Source of the DNA: Firmicutes bacterium UBA1191
GTDB lineage: Bacteria > Bacillota > Clostridia > Peptostreptococcales > Anaerovoracaceae
Assembly (NCBI GenBank): GCA_002310095.1
Contig: DBYH01000018.1
Location: forward strand, 435-64,434
Direction of reading: 5' to 3'
DNA length: 64,000 nt
Position 1 is the stretch's first letter. Every line of letters begins with the position of its first letter. A program made the position numbers and the translations under genes. This document shows positions 39,947 through 51,426 of the stretch, one piece after another. The notes under the pieces were generated by a model, which saw nothing but the letters and a program-made list of their open reading frames with translations, was not told the origin of the DNA and made no database searches.

Positions 39947-42385
39947 CTATCTGTCCGAAACCGGCGCCGTATTCCAGATCCTGTCAGCGTAGTCGCGGAT
40001 GCTGCGGTCCGCGGCGAATCTGGCTGCCTTTGCGATATTCTCGATGGACATGGTGTTCCATCTTCTGCGGTCTTCATAGGCCGCCTGTATGTCGTCGTGG
40101 GCCCTGCAGTAATCGGCGAAGTCAAGCAGGCACATGTACGGGTCTGCGATGCTGTAGGACGGCATAAGCAGATAGTCGTTCAGCACGTCGAAGCTCTTTC
40201 CCGCGAAGCCCTTCTGAAGTGAGTCGACGGCCCGCTTCAGCACAGGGTCGCTCTCGTAGACTTCGAATGCGTTGTACCCTTCCTGCAGTGCCTGTCTCAC
40301 CTCGTGCTCGCGCTTGCCGAATATGAAGATGCTGTCCGGTCCCACGGCCTCGCGGATCTCCACGTTGGCTCCGTCCAGAGTTCCGATGGTGACCGCGCCG
40401 TTTATCATCATCTTCATGTTCCCCGTGCCGCTTGCTTCCTTGCCAGCCAGCGATATCTGCTCGGAGATCTCCGTCGCAGGCATGAGTCCTTCGGCCATGG
40501 ACACGCTGTAGTTCTCCAGGAACACGACCTTCAGTTTCGAGGAAATCTTCGGATCACGCTCGATCTCCTCGCTGAGTTTGCAGATGAGCTCGATGACCCT
40601 CTTGGCCAGGAAGTAGCTCGGGGCTGCTTTCGCGGCGAAGAGATAAGTCTCCGGTCTCATGTCGATGTCCGGGTCGTCCTGGAGCATCTGGTAGCGGCTG
40701 ATTATGCGCAGAGCGTTCATCAGCTGCCTCTTGTATTCGTGAAGTCTCTTCGCCTGAACGATGAAGATGGAATCCGGATCGATCTCGATGCCCGAATTCT
40801 TCTTTACCTTCTCGGCGAACCTGACTTTGTTGTCTCTCTTAATCTGTTCGAGTCTGTCGCAGACCGCCGCGTCCTGACGGAAGCGGAAGAAGTCCTCCAG
40901 CCTGCGGTCGTCCCTGCGGTAGGCGGTGCCGATGCACTCGTCAATGAGCTCCGCCAGCTTCGGATTGGCCTGGCACAGCCACCTCCTGTAAGCGATGCCG
41001 TTGGTCACGTTCGTGAACTTGTCCGGCTGGGCCAGGAAGAAGTCGTGGAACAGATCATCCTTGAGTATCTGGGAGTGCAGGGCCGAAACGCCGTTGACCT
41101 TGTGGGAGCCGATGACCGAAAGGTTGGCCATCCTCACCTGTCCTCCGTCCAGAACCGCCGTGTAATTCACCTTGCCGTCGTCCCCCGGGAACTTTGAGTA
41201 CATGTACCCGCGGAACCTGCGGTCGATCTCGGATATGACCGAGAACACCCTCGGCACGAGAGCCTGTATCTGGGAAGTCTTCCACTTCTCAAGAGCCTCG
41301 GCCAGCACCGTATGGTTCGTGTATGAAACGGACCCCTGCACGCGCTCCCAGGCGTAATCCCAGGAACAGCCGTAGTCGTCCATGAAAATCCTCATCAGCT
41401 CAGGAATGCAAAGAGCAGGGTGAGTGTCGTTGATGTGTATCACATTGGCCAGATGGAAATTGTCCAGCGTGCCGTAGAGCTGCATGTGGTCGCGCACTAT
41501 GTTCTGGCATGAGGCCGACACCATAAAGTACTGCTGCTTCAGTCTCAGCTCCTTGCCTTCTTCGATATTGTCAGGCGGATAGAGAACCTTGGTTATGGCC
41601 TCCGCCCTGTTGTTCCTCAGGGCCGCCCGGGTGAAGTCGCCGCTGTTGAAGCTCTCCATGTCGAAACCTTCGTAGTCGATGGCCCTCCATAGGCGCAGTC
41701 TCTCGACCGCGTCGTTTCCGGCGCCCGGCACGTACATGTCGTACGGGATCGCCTTGATGACCTGAGGCTCCTCAAGGGAGAACTTCAGACCGTCGGCGTC
41801 CCACCACTCATGATACTTGCCGTAGAAAGTGACGTAGAACGGGTCGTCGTCCTTCTTGTTGAGCCATACTCCGCCACCGGGGATCCAGTTGTCCGGCAGT
41901 TCCACCTGCCAGCCGTCCTCTATCTTCTGCCTGAAAAGACCGTACTCATACCTGAGTGAAAAACCGGTGGCGTCGTAATTCCCCGTCGCCATAGCTGACA
42001 GGAAACACGCAGCCAGTCTTCCCAGACCTCCGTTTCCGAGGCCCGCGTCAGGTTCGCAGTCGAAGACGTCATCAAGTGAGAGTCCCCTTCTCTCGACCAG
42101 CTCCCGCACCGTATCCATCTCACCGAGACAGTACAGTGCGTTCTTAAGGGACTGGCCCATGAGAAACTCCATGCAGATGTAGTAGATTTTTTTCTTGCCG
42201 AAGCTCTCTTTCTCGGTACGGTTCTTTTTGTGCTTGAATTCGACGTACTTCTCCCGAAGCTGTCCGTTGACCACGCGGGCCAGCGCCTTGTACAGCTGCT
42301 CGGGAGCAGCATGCTCGAAATCCGTGTGGAGGCTGTCCTCCAGATAATCATTCAGTTGCGCAATAAACTTTTCTCTCTGTTCCAT
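39947..42385 (-). CDS. glgP: Glycogen/starch phosphorylase
   Basis: GLGNGGLGRLAAC, INDTHP, YTNHT, KRLHEYKRQ, PLP-lysine EASGTGNMK. Confidence 0.96.
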   Translation of the reverse strand: MEQREKFIAQLNDYLEDSLHTDFEHAAPEQLYKALARVVNGQLREKYVEFKHKKNRTEKESFGKKKIYYICMEFLMGQSLKNALYCLGEMDTVRELVERRGLSLDDVFDCEPDAGLGNGGLGRLAACFLSAMATGNYDATGFSLRYEYGLFRQKIEDGWQVELPDNWIPGGGVWLNKKDDDPFYVTFYGKYHEWWDADGLKFSLEEPQVIKAIPYDMYVPGAGNDAVERLRLWRAIDYEGFDMESFNSGDFTRAALRNNRAEAITKVLYPPDNIEEGKELRLKQQYFMVSASCQNIVRDHMQLYGTLDNFHLANVIHINDTHPALCIPELMRIFMDDYGCSWDYAWERVQGSVSYTNHTVLAEALEKWKTSQIQALVPRVFSVISEIDRRFRGYMYSKFPGDDGKVNYTAVLDGGQVRMANLSVIGSHKVNGVSALHSQILKDDLFHDFFLAQPDKFTNVTNGIAYRRWLCQANPKLAELIDECIGTAYRRDDRRLEDFFRFRQDAAVCDRLEQIKRDNKVRFAEKVKKNSGIEIDPDSIFIVQAKRLHEYKRQLMNALRIISRYQMLQDDPDIDMRPETYLFAAKAAPSYFLAKRVIELICKLSEEIERDPKISSKLKVVFLENYSVSMAEGLMPATEISEQISLAGKEASGTGNMKMMINGAVTIGTLDGANVEIREAVGPDSIFIFGKREHEVRQALQEGYNAFEVYESDPVLKRAVDSLQKGFAGKSFDVLNDYLLMPSYSIADPYMCLLDFADYCRAHDDIQAAYEDRRRWNTMSIENIAKAARFAADRSIRDYADRIWNTAPVSDR

Positions 42386-42388
42386 TTC

Positions 42389-43828
42389 CTATAGTTCAGT
42401 ATACATTCTGTGATAAATTTCCGCTGCTTTCGCCCATGAGAAATCCTCGTCGAGGATGTGTCTTACCAGGGCGCGCCACTTGATTTTGTGGCTGTATAAA
42501 TCCAGGGCTCTTCCCAATGCAAAGGCAAGTTCGCTTCCGTTGAAATCATAGAAGGTGAATCCGTTGCCTTTGGTTCCGTTCCACTCATGGATCGAGTCCG
42601 CCAGTCCTCCAGTCAGTCTGACGATCGGAACGTTGCCGTAACGGCACGCGATCATCTGAGCCAGTCCGCAGGCCTCGCTTCTGGAAGGCATGATGAAGAT
42701 GTCGCCGCCGGCGTAGATCCTGTGGGCCGTAGCCGTGTTGAATTCGATGAGCGACCTCACCTTATCAGGATATCTGTCCTGCAGCTGCCTGAAATAGTTC
42801 TCATACTTCTCGTCGCCTGTGCCGAGCATCACGAACTGTACGTCTTCTGTTTCCAGAAGTCCGTCCATCATGTCCGCGATTATGTCCACGCCCTTCGGCG
42901 CTACGAGCCTCGAGATAAATGTGATGACCGGCGCGTCGCTCTCAGGAAGTCCAAGGGATTTCTGCAGATCCCTCTTGCACTTCTTCTTTCCCTGAAGATT
43001 CTCCGGCGAATAAGCCGCCGCGATGTAGGCGTCATTGCCCGGATCATACGCTACCGTGTCGATGCCGTTGAGAATGCCGAACATCTTGTATTCGTTATCG
43101 CGGATGACGCCGTCGAGTCCGAAAGCGCTGACCGGATAGGTCAGTTCCTTGGCGTAGGTCGGGCTGACTGTCGTGAATTTGCTGGAGCATTCGATGGCTC
43201 CCTTCATCAGGTTGACATCGCCGTCCTTCATGAGAATGCCGTTGTCCTCCTCTTTCAGACCTATGCAGTCGCCCAGCACATCGGTTCCGAATCTTCCCTG
43301 GTACTCCACATTGTGGACCGTGAACACGGTCCTGAGTTTCTTCTCGGGATAGATTGCCTTTGCGAAAACCACCGACAGAGCTGTCTGCCAGTCGTTGGCG
43401 TGCACGATGTCGGGCTCAAATCCCGTCACTGCCGAACTCTCGATGACGGCGCGGCTGAAGTACGAAAAACGCTCGCAGTCGTCGCCGAATCCGTAGAGGC
43501 TGTCGCGTTTGAAGTAGTACTCGTTGTCCACGAAATAGTAGATGACGCCGTCCTTCTCGAGCTCGAAGATGCCCATGTACTGGCTGCGCCAGGCGACCGG
43601 GATCTCGACGTGCCCCAGGAACTTCATCTCCCTGCGGAATTCCTCCTTCACCGACCCGTACAAAGGCATGATGACCCGGCACTCGACCTCTGAGTTCTTG
43701 AGCTTGTTCACCTCACGCGGAAGTGATCCCGCCACCTCGCCCAGTCCCCCGGTGCCGCAGAAAGGCATTACCTCCGGGGAGGCGAAGAGTACTTTTGTTT
43801 TTGCTTTTGTCGCTGTTTTTGCTGTCAT
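42389..43828 (-). CDS. glgA: Glycogen synthase
   Basis: GTGGLGEV, HANDWQT, TVHNVEYQG, GILNGID, MPSRSEACGLAQM, TGGLADS. Confidence 0.94.
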   Translation of the reverse strand: MTAKTATKAKTKVLFASPEVMPFCGTGGLGEVAGSLPREVNKLKNSEVECRVIMPLYGSVKEEFRREMKFLGHVEIPVAWRSQYMGIFELEKDGVIYYFVDNEYYFKRDSLYGFGDDCERFSYFSRAVIESSAVTGFEPDIVHANDWQTALSVVFAKAIYPEKKLRTVFTVHNVEYQGRFGTDVLGDCIGLKEEDNGILMKDGDVNLMKGAIECSSKFTTVSPTYAKELTYPVSAFGLDGVIRDNEYKMFGILNGIDTVAYDPGNDAYIAAAYSPENLQGKKKCKRDLQKSLGLPESDAPVITFISRLVAPKGVDIIADMMDGLLETEDVQFVMLGTGDEKYENYFRQLQDRYPDKVRSLIEFNTATAHRIYAGGDIFIMPSRSEACGLAQMIACRYGNVPIVRLTGGLADSIHEWNGTKGNGFTFYDFNGSELAFALGRALDLYSHKIKWRALVRHILDEDFSWAKAAEIYHRMYTEL

Positions 43829-43847
43829 TGCTTTTGCCGTTTCGCCC

Positions 43848-44867
43848 TTAAATCAGAGTTCCCAGATGTTTCATAGTGCGGATGAGCTGGTGTACGTAAC
43901 TCATCTCGTTGTCGTACCACGCCACGATACGCACCTCGTATATGTGGGTGCCGCACTGCTCAGCCAGTGTCTGGGTGGCGTCAAAGAGCGACCCGTAGCT
44001 GATGCCGATGATGTCGCTTGATACAAGTTCCTCCTCCGTGTAGCCGAAGGATTCGGACGCAGCCGCTTTCATGGCCGCGTTGATGCCCTCGACGGATACG
44101 GTGTCCGTCTCATCCTTCAGGGTGGCGTCGAGGATCGTGATCGAACCTGACGGAACCGGAACTCTCTGGGCGGAGCCGATGAGCTTGCCGTCCAGCTCAG
44201 GGATGACCAGACCTATGGCCTTGGCCGCTCCTGTTGAGTTAGGAACTATGTTTATGGCGCCCGCTCTGGCGCGTCTGAAATCGCCCTTCCTGTGCGGTCC
44301 GTCCAGCAGCATCTGGTCGCCCGTATAGGCGTGAATTGTGGTCATGAACCCTGTCCTGACCTCCCTGTAGTTTGCCAGAACCTTGGCCATCGGAGCCAGG
44401 CAGTTTGTCGTGCAGGACGCGCCCGAAACGATGTTGTCTTCCTTCGTCAGGGTGTCGTGGTTGACGCTGTATACGATGGTCGGCAGGTCGTCTCCGGCCG
44501 GCGCCGAGATCAGAACCTTCTTGGCGCCCGCGTCGATGTGAGCCTGGGATTTTTCCTTGGATGTGTAGAATCCGGTGCACTCCAGAACGATGTCAACATC
44601 GTACTCCGCCCAAGGCAGATTCGCCGCTTCAGACTCGCTGAAAATCGGTATCTTCCTTCCGTCGACGGTGATGGAGTTCTCATCGCTGGTGACCTCGTGG
44701 GTGTCGGCGTATCTGCCCTGAACACTGTCGAACTTGAGCAGATGGGCCAGCATGGCCGGGCTGGTCAGGTCGTTGATGGCGACCACTTCACAGTCCGGAT
44801 CCTCGAATACTTTTCTGAAGGCCAGACGCCCTATGCGTCCGAAACCGTTGATTGCGATTTTTGTCAT
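43848..44867 (-). CDS. gap: Type I glyceraldehyde-3-phosphate dehydrogenase (second copy, canonical NAD signature)
   Basis: [51 protein letters not shown]. Start at ATG 44867 after GGAGG. Confidence 0.95.
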   Translation of the reverse strand: MTKIAINGFGRIGRLAFRKVFEDPDCEVVAINDLTSPAMLAHLLKFDSVQGRYADTHEVTSDENSITVDGRKIPIFSESEAANLPWAEYDVDIVLECTGFYTSKEKSQAHIDAGAKKVLISAPAGDDLPTIVYSVNHDTLTKEDNIVSGASCTTNCLAPMAKVLANYREVRTGFMTTIHAYTGDQMLLDGPHRKGDFRRARAGAINIVPNSTGAAKAIGLVIPELDGKLIGSAQRVPVPSGSITILDATLKDETDTVSVEGINAAMKAAASESFGYTEEELVSSDIIGISYGSLFDATQTLAEQCGTHIYEVRIVAWYDNEMSYVHQLIRTMKHLGTLI

Positions 44868-45035
44868 GTTTTCTCCTCCCATATCTATTTCAATCTATTT
44901 TTAACAGTCTTAATCCGCTGCCTTATCAGCAACTTAATTCTTATTGTGCCACAAACCGACGCAATAATCCACACCCTGCTTCAAACAGTTGAATCCCGCC
45001 CCGATAAAGTGTAATATTTAGGTAGGTATATCCAT

Positions 45036-47012
45036 ATGACAATCACTATGAATCAGAACATTTCCGAGCACAAATACCTCTTCCACCACGGGGCGGATTA
45101 CAGGTCATACGAATTCCTCGGAGCGCACCTTTGCCGGGAGTCAGCAGCGGACACCGACGCAAAGGCAGGCTGCACTTTTCGTGTGTGGGCGCCGCGGGCG
45201 AAGAGCATCTCAGTCGTCGGCAGTTTCAACAGCTGGGATCCTGCGGCTCATGTTATGGTGCCTTTGCCTGATGACAGTGAGATATGGGAGCTGACTGTTC
45301 CGGAAGCGCGGGAGGGAGACCTCTACAAGTTCGCCGTAACGAGCGCCGCGGCAGACGGCGCTGAAAAAACCGTCTGGAAAGCCGACCCGTTCGCTTTCTT
45401 CTCGGAGAGCGGCGACCAGTCCCACGGCAGCCAGAGAGCTTCCATTATATATGACTTCCGCGCAGGATATCCTTGGGAAGACGGCGACTGGATGGCCGAA
45501 CGCGCCGCGAAGAACGTCTACGAGAGCCCGATGAACATTTACGAAGTGCACCTTGGTTCCTGGCGCAGACGCGAGGACGGCACCACCCTCACCTACCGTG
45601 AGACCGCCGATTCGCTCATAGATTACGCCAATGGCATGGGCTACACCCACATCGAGCTTCTGCCTGTCATGGAATACCCGTACGACGGTTCCTGGGGCTA
45701 CCAGGTCACCGGATACTACAGCCCGACCTCCCGCTACGGAAGACCTGAGGACCTGAAGTATCTCATCGACAAGGCCCATCAGGCAGGTCTCGGCGTCATC
45801 ATGGACTGGGTGCCTGCCCACTTCCCGAAGGACGATTACGGGCTGGCGGATTTTGACGGATCCCCGCTCTACGAATACACGGATAAACTGAAAGCCGAAC
45901 ACAAAGGCTGGGGCACCAAGGCCTTCGACTACGGCAGGCCTGAGGTCATAAGCTTCCTCGTGTCCAACGCCTTCTACTACTGCGAGCAGTTCCACGTGGA
46001 CGGACTGCGCGTGGACGCCGTGGCCGCCATGCTCTACCTGAACTACGGCCGCGAGGAGGGCGAGTGGATGCCGAACGAGGACGGCGGCGTCGAGAACAAG
46101 GAGGCCATCAAGTTCCTCCAGCGCATGAACCAGGATGTTCTCTCGAACTTCCCGGGCGTCATCACCGTCGCCGAGGAGTCGACCGCATGGCCGATGATAA
46201 CCAAGCCGCCTCACGACGGCGGACTGGGTTTCAACTTCAAGTGGAACATGGGATGGATGAACGACGAGCTGGAGTACTTCGAAACAGACCCGTATTTCCG
46301 CAAAGGCATCCACGGCAAGCTGATCTTCTCTCTTGACTACGCCTGGAGCGAAAACTACATTCTGCCTGTATCCCACGACGAAGTGGTCCACGGCAAGAAA
46401 TCCCTGCTCGACAAAATGCCGGGCGAATACGACAGCAAATTCGATGGTTTCCGGACCTTCATGACATACATGATCACCCACCCGGGCAAAAAACTCACCT
46501 TCATGGGCACTGAGTTCGCCCAGTTCATCGAGTGGAATGAGAATGCTGAGCTCGACTGGCTTCTGCTTCAGTATCCGAAGCACCGGGAAGTCTGGGAGTT
46601 CGTGCGCGACCTGAACTATTACTATCTGCGCACGCCTGCCCTCTGGCGCGGGGACGACTGCCCGGAGAGCTTTAAGTGGATAGACGGCGGAAACATCGAC
46701 GATAACGTAATAACGTTCATCCGCCGCGACGTGGCCGCATCCGACAGCGGGACCGGCAGCGGCGAGCCTGCCTTTGCGGTAATATGCCTCAATCTGTCGG
46801 GCCGCGACCTGGATAATTACAAAGTAGGCGTGCCTTCCGCAAAAGCATTCGCGCCTGTGATGGACACCGATCTTGAGAAATACGGAGGACGCGGAATCCG
46901 CTCCGCCGAAGAATATGAAGTTAAACCTGAAGGCTGGAACGGCTACGAAAACCATATCGAGCTTTCCCTTCCGGCCCTGTCAGCCATAGTGCTGGAACCA
47001 AAGGAGGTATAA
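45036..47012 (+). CDS. glgB: 1,4-alpha-glucan branching enzyme
   Basis: [56 protein letters not shown]. Confidence 0.96.
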   Translation: MTITMNQNISEHKYLFHHGADYRSYEFLGAHLCRESAADTDAKAGCTFRVWAPRAKSISVVGSFNSWDPAAHVMVPLPDDSEIWELTVPEAREGDLYKFAVTSAAADGAEKTVWKADPFAFFSESGDQSHGSQRASIIYDFRAGYPWEDGDWMAERAAKNVYESPMNIYEVHLGSWRRREDGTTLTYRETADSLIDYANGMGYTHIELLPVMEYPYDGSWGYQVTGYYSPTSRYGRPEDLKYLIDKAHQAGLGVIMDWVPAHFPKDDYGLADFDGSPLYEYTDKLKAEHKGWGTKAFDYGRPEVISFLVSNAFYYCEQFHVDGLRVDAVAAMLYLNYGREEGEWMPNEDGGVENKEAIKFLQRMNQDVLSNFPGVITVAEESTAWPMITKPPHDGGLGFNFKWNMGWMNDELEYFETDPYFRKGIHGKLIFSLDYAWSENYILPVSHDEVVHGKKSLLDKMPGEYDSKFDGFRTFMTYMITHPGKKLTFMGTEFAQFIEWNENAELDWLLLQYPKHREVWEFVRDLNYYYLRTPALWRGDDCPESFKWIDGGNIDDNVITFIRRDVAASDSGTGSGEPAFAVICLNLSGRDLDNYKVGVPSAKAFAPVMDTDLEKYGGRGIRSAEEYEVKPEGWNGYENHIELSLPALSAIVLEPKEV

Positions 47013-47016
47013 GAAT

Positions 47017-48231
47017 ATGGCAAGAAAGAAGAAATGCGTCGCAATGCTTCTTGCCGGAGGCCAGGGATCGAGACTGGCGCCGCTGACCGAAAATGTTGCA
47101 AAGCCCGCAGTGCCTTTTGGAGGAAGATACCGCATTATCGACTTCTCCCTCTCGAACTGCGTCAACTCCGGAATAGATACGGTCGGAGTTCTGACACAGT
47201 ACCAGCCCCTGGAGCTGAACGACTATCTGGGCACCGGCGACCCGTGGGATCTGGACCTGAACTACGGCGGGCTCCACGTGCTTCCGCCTTACCAGGCGGC
47301 TAAGGGCGGCGACTGGTTCAAAGGCACGGCAAACGCCATCTACCAGAACCAGAAGTTCATCAGAAACTACAACCCGGACTACATTCTCGTGCTGTCCGGA
47401 GACCATATCTACAAGATGAACTACGACATCATGATCCAGGAGCACATCGACAATGACGCCGACGCTACGATCGCTGTCATGGACGTTCCTATTGAGGAGG
47501 CGAGCCGCTTCGGCATCATGAGCACGGACTCGACCGGACGCATCACTGAGTTCGCCGAGAAGCCCGCGGAGCCTAAGAGCACTCTGGCTTCAATGGGCGT
47601 CTACGTTTTCAATACCGATAAGCTCCTTGCCTATCTTGAGGCGGACGAGCAGAATCCCGAGTCGGACAACGACTTCGGCAAAAACGTCATACCGGCAATG
47701 CTGGCAGGCGGAGAAAAACTCCACGCCTACCTCTACGCCGGTTACTGGCGGGACGTCGGTACTCTGTCATCCTACTGGAGCGCCAACATGGATACCCTGG
47801 GCGACGATCCTGAGCTCTGGCTCAACGACGACGGCTGGCGTATCTACTACAGACATGACATACAGGCCCCGACATATCTGGGCGAGCACGCGTCACTGAA
47901 CAACTGCAATGTAGCGGCCGGGAACGAAATCGACGGACATGTTTCCGACTCGGTTCTCGGAAGCAACATCATCATAGAAGAAGGCGCCGCCGTCAAAGAC
48001 TGCGTCATCATGAACAACGTTGTGATCGAAGCAGGAGCCACAGTTGAATACGCGATCATCGACAGAGACGTGCGCGTCTGCGAGGGCGTCAAGGTCGGCG
48101 GTCCAAAGGAGACTACAGAGCTGACCGTCATCGCCGCGGGCGAGACTGTCGGCGGAACGGGAGATCTGCTCGGACGGTTCTGCGCCGGAGATGGACCCGG
48201 AGACGGAGCTAACGAAAGGAAGGAGGTGTAG
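47017..48231 (+). CDS. glgC: Glucose-1-phosphate adenylyltransferase
   Basis: [52 protein letters not shown]. Confidence 0.96.
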   Translation: MARKKKCVAMLLAGGQGSRLAPLTENVAKPAVPFGGRYRIIDFSLSNCVNSGIDTVGVLTQYQPLELNDYLGTGDPWDLDLNYGGLHVLPPYQAAKGGDWFKGTANAIYQNQKFIRNYNPDYILVLSGDHIYKMNYDIMIQEHIDNDADATIAVMDVPIEEASRFGIMSTDSTGRITEFAEKPAEPKSTLASMGVYVFNTDKLLAYLEADEQNPESDNDFGKNVIPAMLAGGEKLHAYLYAGYWRDVGTLSSYWSANMDTLGDDPELWLNDDGWRIYYRHDIQAPTYLGEHASLNNCNVAAGNEIDGHVSDSVLGSNIIIEEGAAVKDCVIMNNVVIEAGATVEYAIIDRDVRVCEGVKVGGPKETTELTVIAAGETVGGTGDLLGRFCAGDGPGDGANERKEV

Positions 48232-48234
48232 CGA

Positions 48235-49362
48235 ATGAACATGCTTGGACTTATATTCGCGGATAAACACAACAACGACATCGGCGAACTTACCGCGAGA
48301 AGAACATTTGCCGCACTGCCTTTTGGCGCGAGATACCGCCTGATCGACTTCTTCATTTCCAACATGACAAACTCTGGCGTACGCAACATCGGAGTTGTCG
48401 CCACGACTAAATACGAAAGCCTCATGGCCCATGTCCGTTACGGCGGCGAATGGGACCTTGACAGAAGAAAATCCGGAATCATAGTGCTTCCTCCATTCTC
48501 ATACTTCGGCGGCGAAGTCCGTTACGAGAACATACTGGAAGCCCTGCAGGCAAACATCGCCTACATCAGAGAAAGCAAAGAGCCTTACGTCCTCTTCACC
48601 TGCTGCGACGCGGTCGGCAACATAGATTACGCCGCCATGCTCGAGGCGCACGTGAAGAGCGGGGCCAGGTTCACCTGCCTTTGCACTAAAAATCCTCTCA
48701 ACAAGGAGCCGGGCGTTCAGACGACCGAATTCATTGTCGCGCCTGACGGCAGAGTCAAGGATATTCTCATTCACGACGGCGCGAACGGCCAGACTGAGGG
48801 AGCCTACACGGGAACTCATACCTACATAATGGGGCGTGACGACCTGCTCGGAATCCTGGAGGAATCCATCGATCACAAGAAGACCAGCCTGCGTAAAGAC
48901 GTCCTCAAGCCGGCCCTGAATGATTCCAAGGTCATGGCTTATGTGGCTGATGAGACGCTGATGTTCATCGATTCGGACGCTTCTTACCTGAAGAGCAACC
49001 TGGATCTGCTGAACTCAGACATCCGCCGCGAGCTGTTCGGACAGGAACTGCGTCCGATTATCACCCGGGCGGGCAACAGCTCACCTGCTTACTACAGCGA
49101 TGATTCCGTTACTACGAACTCCATCATCGCGGCAGGATCCGTCATCGAGGGCACCGTGCGCAACTCCATCATATTCAGAGGCGTGCACATCAAGAAAGGC
49201 GCCGTGGTCGAAAACTGCGTAATCAATCAGGACAGCACCATCGGTGAAGGCGCGGTACTCAACTACGCCATTCTGGACAAGGACGTCCTGATCAACGACA
49301 AGCGCCTGCTGTCCGGCTACATCACTCACCCGTTCTACGTGAAGAAGGGGGCGGTAATTTAA
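48235..49362 (+). CDS. glgD: Glucose-1-phosphate adenylyltransferase subunit GlgD
   Basis: LTARRTFAALPFGARYRLIDF, EWDLDR, left-handed beta-helix C-terminus. Directly follows glgC. Confidence 0.92.
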   Translation: MNMLGLIFADKHNNDIGELTARRTFAALPFGARYRLIDFFISNMTNSGVRNIGVVATTKYESLMAHVRYGGEWDLDRRKSGIIVLPPFSYFGGEVRYENILEALQANIAYIRESKEPYVLFTCCDAVGNIDYAAMLEAHVKSGARFTCLCTKNPLNKEPGVQTTEFIVAPDGRVKDILIHDGANGQTEGAYTGTHTYIMGRDDLLGILEESIDHKKTSLRKDVLKPALNDSKVMAYVADETLMFIDSDASYLKSNLDLLNSDIRRELFGQELRPIITRAGNSSPAYYSDDSVTTNSIIAAGSVIEGTVRNSIIFRGVHIKKGAVVENCVINQDSTIGEGAVLNYAILDKDVLINDKRLLSGYITHPFYVKKGAVI

Positions 49363-49404
49363 TCCGCGCGGCAAATCCCGATTTGTCGATATTAATTGAC
49401 TTGC

Positions 49405-51366
49405 ATGACAGAAGTAATTTTTAACTCCAGAGACGAATACTATAAGAAACCGCTGGGCGCGGTGATCGCGGACACTGAGCTGGCGTTCAGAATAAAGGTC
49501 GCGCGCTCCCTTGACCCTGTCGGCGCGCATCTTGTCGTGCATTATGACAGGCACGATAACCCGGCGGTGTACGAGATGACAGCCGACGGCGCTGATATCC
49601 CGGCCGAGACTGCTGCCGCGGACGGTTTCCTGACGTACGCCGTGTCATTCACCATCCACGACACGGGACTCTACTGGTACCACTTCGAGATCGAGACCGC
49701 GGGCGACCCGGATTCGGGCGAGCAGGAAGGCGTCCTTCTGGTTGGCCGCGACACATCGAATAACGCCGCCATCATCACGTCACCGGACTGGCCGGCAACC
49801 TGGCAGCAGACCGTTTACAGACGCGACTACGAAGCACCCGAGTGGATATACGGCGGAGTCTATTACCATGTCTTTGTGGACAGATTCAACAAGTCCGGCC
49901 GCGATGACCCAACTCTGACAGGCGGGGCACACAACGGACAGCCAATTCCCGAAGGCCGCACTTTTCACGACGACTGGACCGACATTCCTGACTGGGAGCC
50001 GGTCAACGGTAAAATCTACAACAATGACTTTTTCGGCGGAGACTTAAACGGCGTCAGGCAGAAGCTGGATTACCTGGCTTCCCTCAACGTGACGTGCATT
50101 TACCTGAGCCCGATTTTTGAGGCCTACTCCAGCCACAAATACGATACCGGTAACTACGAGGTCATCGATCCGATGTTCGGGACAGAAGAGGATTTCCGTG
50201 CCCTTTGCAGCGAGGCCGCGAAGCTGGGAATCCGCGTCATCTGCGACGGAGTCTTCGCCCACACCGGATCGGATTCCAAATACTTTGATAAATACGGACA
50301 CTACGCTGACCGCGCCGCTGACGCGGGAGACGAAATAATACCGGGCGCCTTCGGACATCCCGAATCCCCGTACCGCAGCTGGTACTTCTTCCACGACGAC
50401 GATACCTACGACTGCTGGTGGGATTTCAGGACTCTCCCGAAGGTCAACAAGCGCGACCCGGGCTACGTGGAATACATTACCGGCGGCGATGGTATCGTGC
50501 GCAGGTGGCTGCGGGCGGGAGCGAGCGGCTGGCGTCTCGATGTGGCAGATGAGCTGCCGAACGACTTCATAGACGCGTTGGTTGGCGCCGCAAAGGCAGA
50601 AAAGCCAGACGCACTCATCGTCGGTGAGGTCTGGGAGGACGCGTCCAACAAGATCGCCTACGACGAGCGCAAAAACTACTTTGAGGGCAAGCGTCTGGAT
50701 TCGGTTATGAACTACCCTTTCCGCACGGCGATCATCGACTTCGTCCGCCGCGGAAACGCGGAAGGACTGGCGCAGACTGTCGAGAGCATCACGGAGAATT
50801 ATCCGCCGGAGGTTCTGGGCAGCCTGATGAATGTGCTGGGCACTCACGACAGTGTCCGCGTCATCACGGCCCTGGCCGGCGAAGAGTTCGACGCCGACAC
50901 CCCTCGTTTTATACAGGCCGGCACACACCTGAACGAAGAAGAATGGGCCCGGGGAATCGAACTGCTGAAGACAGCGTCGCTGCTGCAGATGACTCTGCCC
51001 GGCGTCCCTTGCATATACTACGGCGACGAAGCCGGAGTCGAGGGTTACAAGGATCCGTTCAACCGTACCTGCTACCCTTGGGGTCATGAGAACAGGGAGC
51101 TTCTCGACTGGTACAGGAAGATCACCGCTATACGCTCATCCCATACAGTCTACCGGCAGGGAACTTACCGCACCCTGGCGGCGGCGGGCGGCTTCTATGC
51201 CTTTGAACGCAGAGACGGCGACGCGATAATCACCGCGGCCAACTGCGGCCCGGCAACGTACAGCTTCCGGCTGGACGGAGCATGGCGCGATCTGCTGACA
51301 GAGAGACACATTGAAGGATCTATTACTGTATTTCCGGGCGACAGACTGCTCCTGGAACAAGTATGA
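49405..51366 (+). CDS. GH13 amylopullulanase/neopullulanase-like debranching glycosidase
   Basis: YHVFVDRF, GGDLNG, IYLSPIF, HKYDT, DGVFAH, GWRLDVADE, GEVWED, THD, YYGDE. Start uncertain (49396 TTG or 49405 ATG). Confidence 0.9.
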   Translation: MTEVIFNSRDEYYKKPLGAVIADTELAFRIKVARSLDPVGAHLVVHYDRHDNPAVYEMTADGADIPAETAAADGFLTYAVSFTIHDTGLYWYHFEIETAGDPDSGEQEGVLLVGRDTSNNAAIITSPDWPATWQQTVYRRDYEAPEWIYGGVYYHVFVDRFNKSGRDDPTLTGGAHNGQPIPEGRTFHDDWTDIPDWEPVNGKIYNNDFFGGDLNGVRQKLDYLASLNVTCIYLSPIFEAYSSHKYDTGNYEVIDPMFGTEEDFRALCSEAAKLGIRVICDGVFAHTGSDSKYFDKYGHYADRAADAGDEIIPGAFGHPESPYRSWYFFHDDDTYDCWWDFRTLPKVNKRDPGYVEYITGGDGIVRRWLRAGASGWRLDVADELPNDFIDALVGAAKAEKPDALIVGEVWEDASNKIAYDERKNYFEGKRLDSVMNYPFRTAIIDFVRRGNAEGLAQTVESITENYPPEVLGSLMNVLGTHDSVRVITALAGEEFDADTPRFIQAGTHLNEEEWARGIELLKTASLLQMTLPGVPCIYYGDEAGVEGYKDPFNRTCYPWGHENRELLDWYRKITAIRSSHTVYRQGTYRTLAAAGGFYAFERRDGDAIITAANCGPATYSFRLDGAWRDLLTERHIEGSITVFPGDRLLLEQV

Positions 51367-51426
51367 TAAGATAGAGAAGAATGCTTTTGCATTAACAGGG
51401 GTAACTGCCAGAATTGGAGGGTCATA

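Noticed and set aside
44925-44951. Possible sigma-54 promoter (TGGCAC) upstream of the second gap
   Set aside because: There is no TTGC at the required -12 spacing. It reads better as an extended -10 (TGGCACAAT).
45210-46955. 581-aa antisense ORF over glgB, and other long antisense ORFs (9253-10320, 42587-43693, 50044-51087, 54823-56127)
   Set aside because: They lie opposite well-supported genes and have no recognisable motifs. Such shadow ORFs are expected from biased codon usage.
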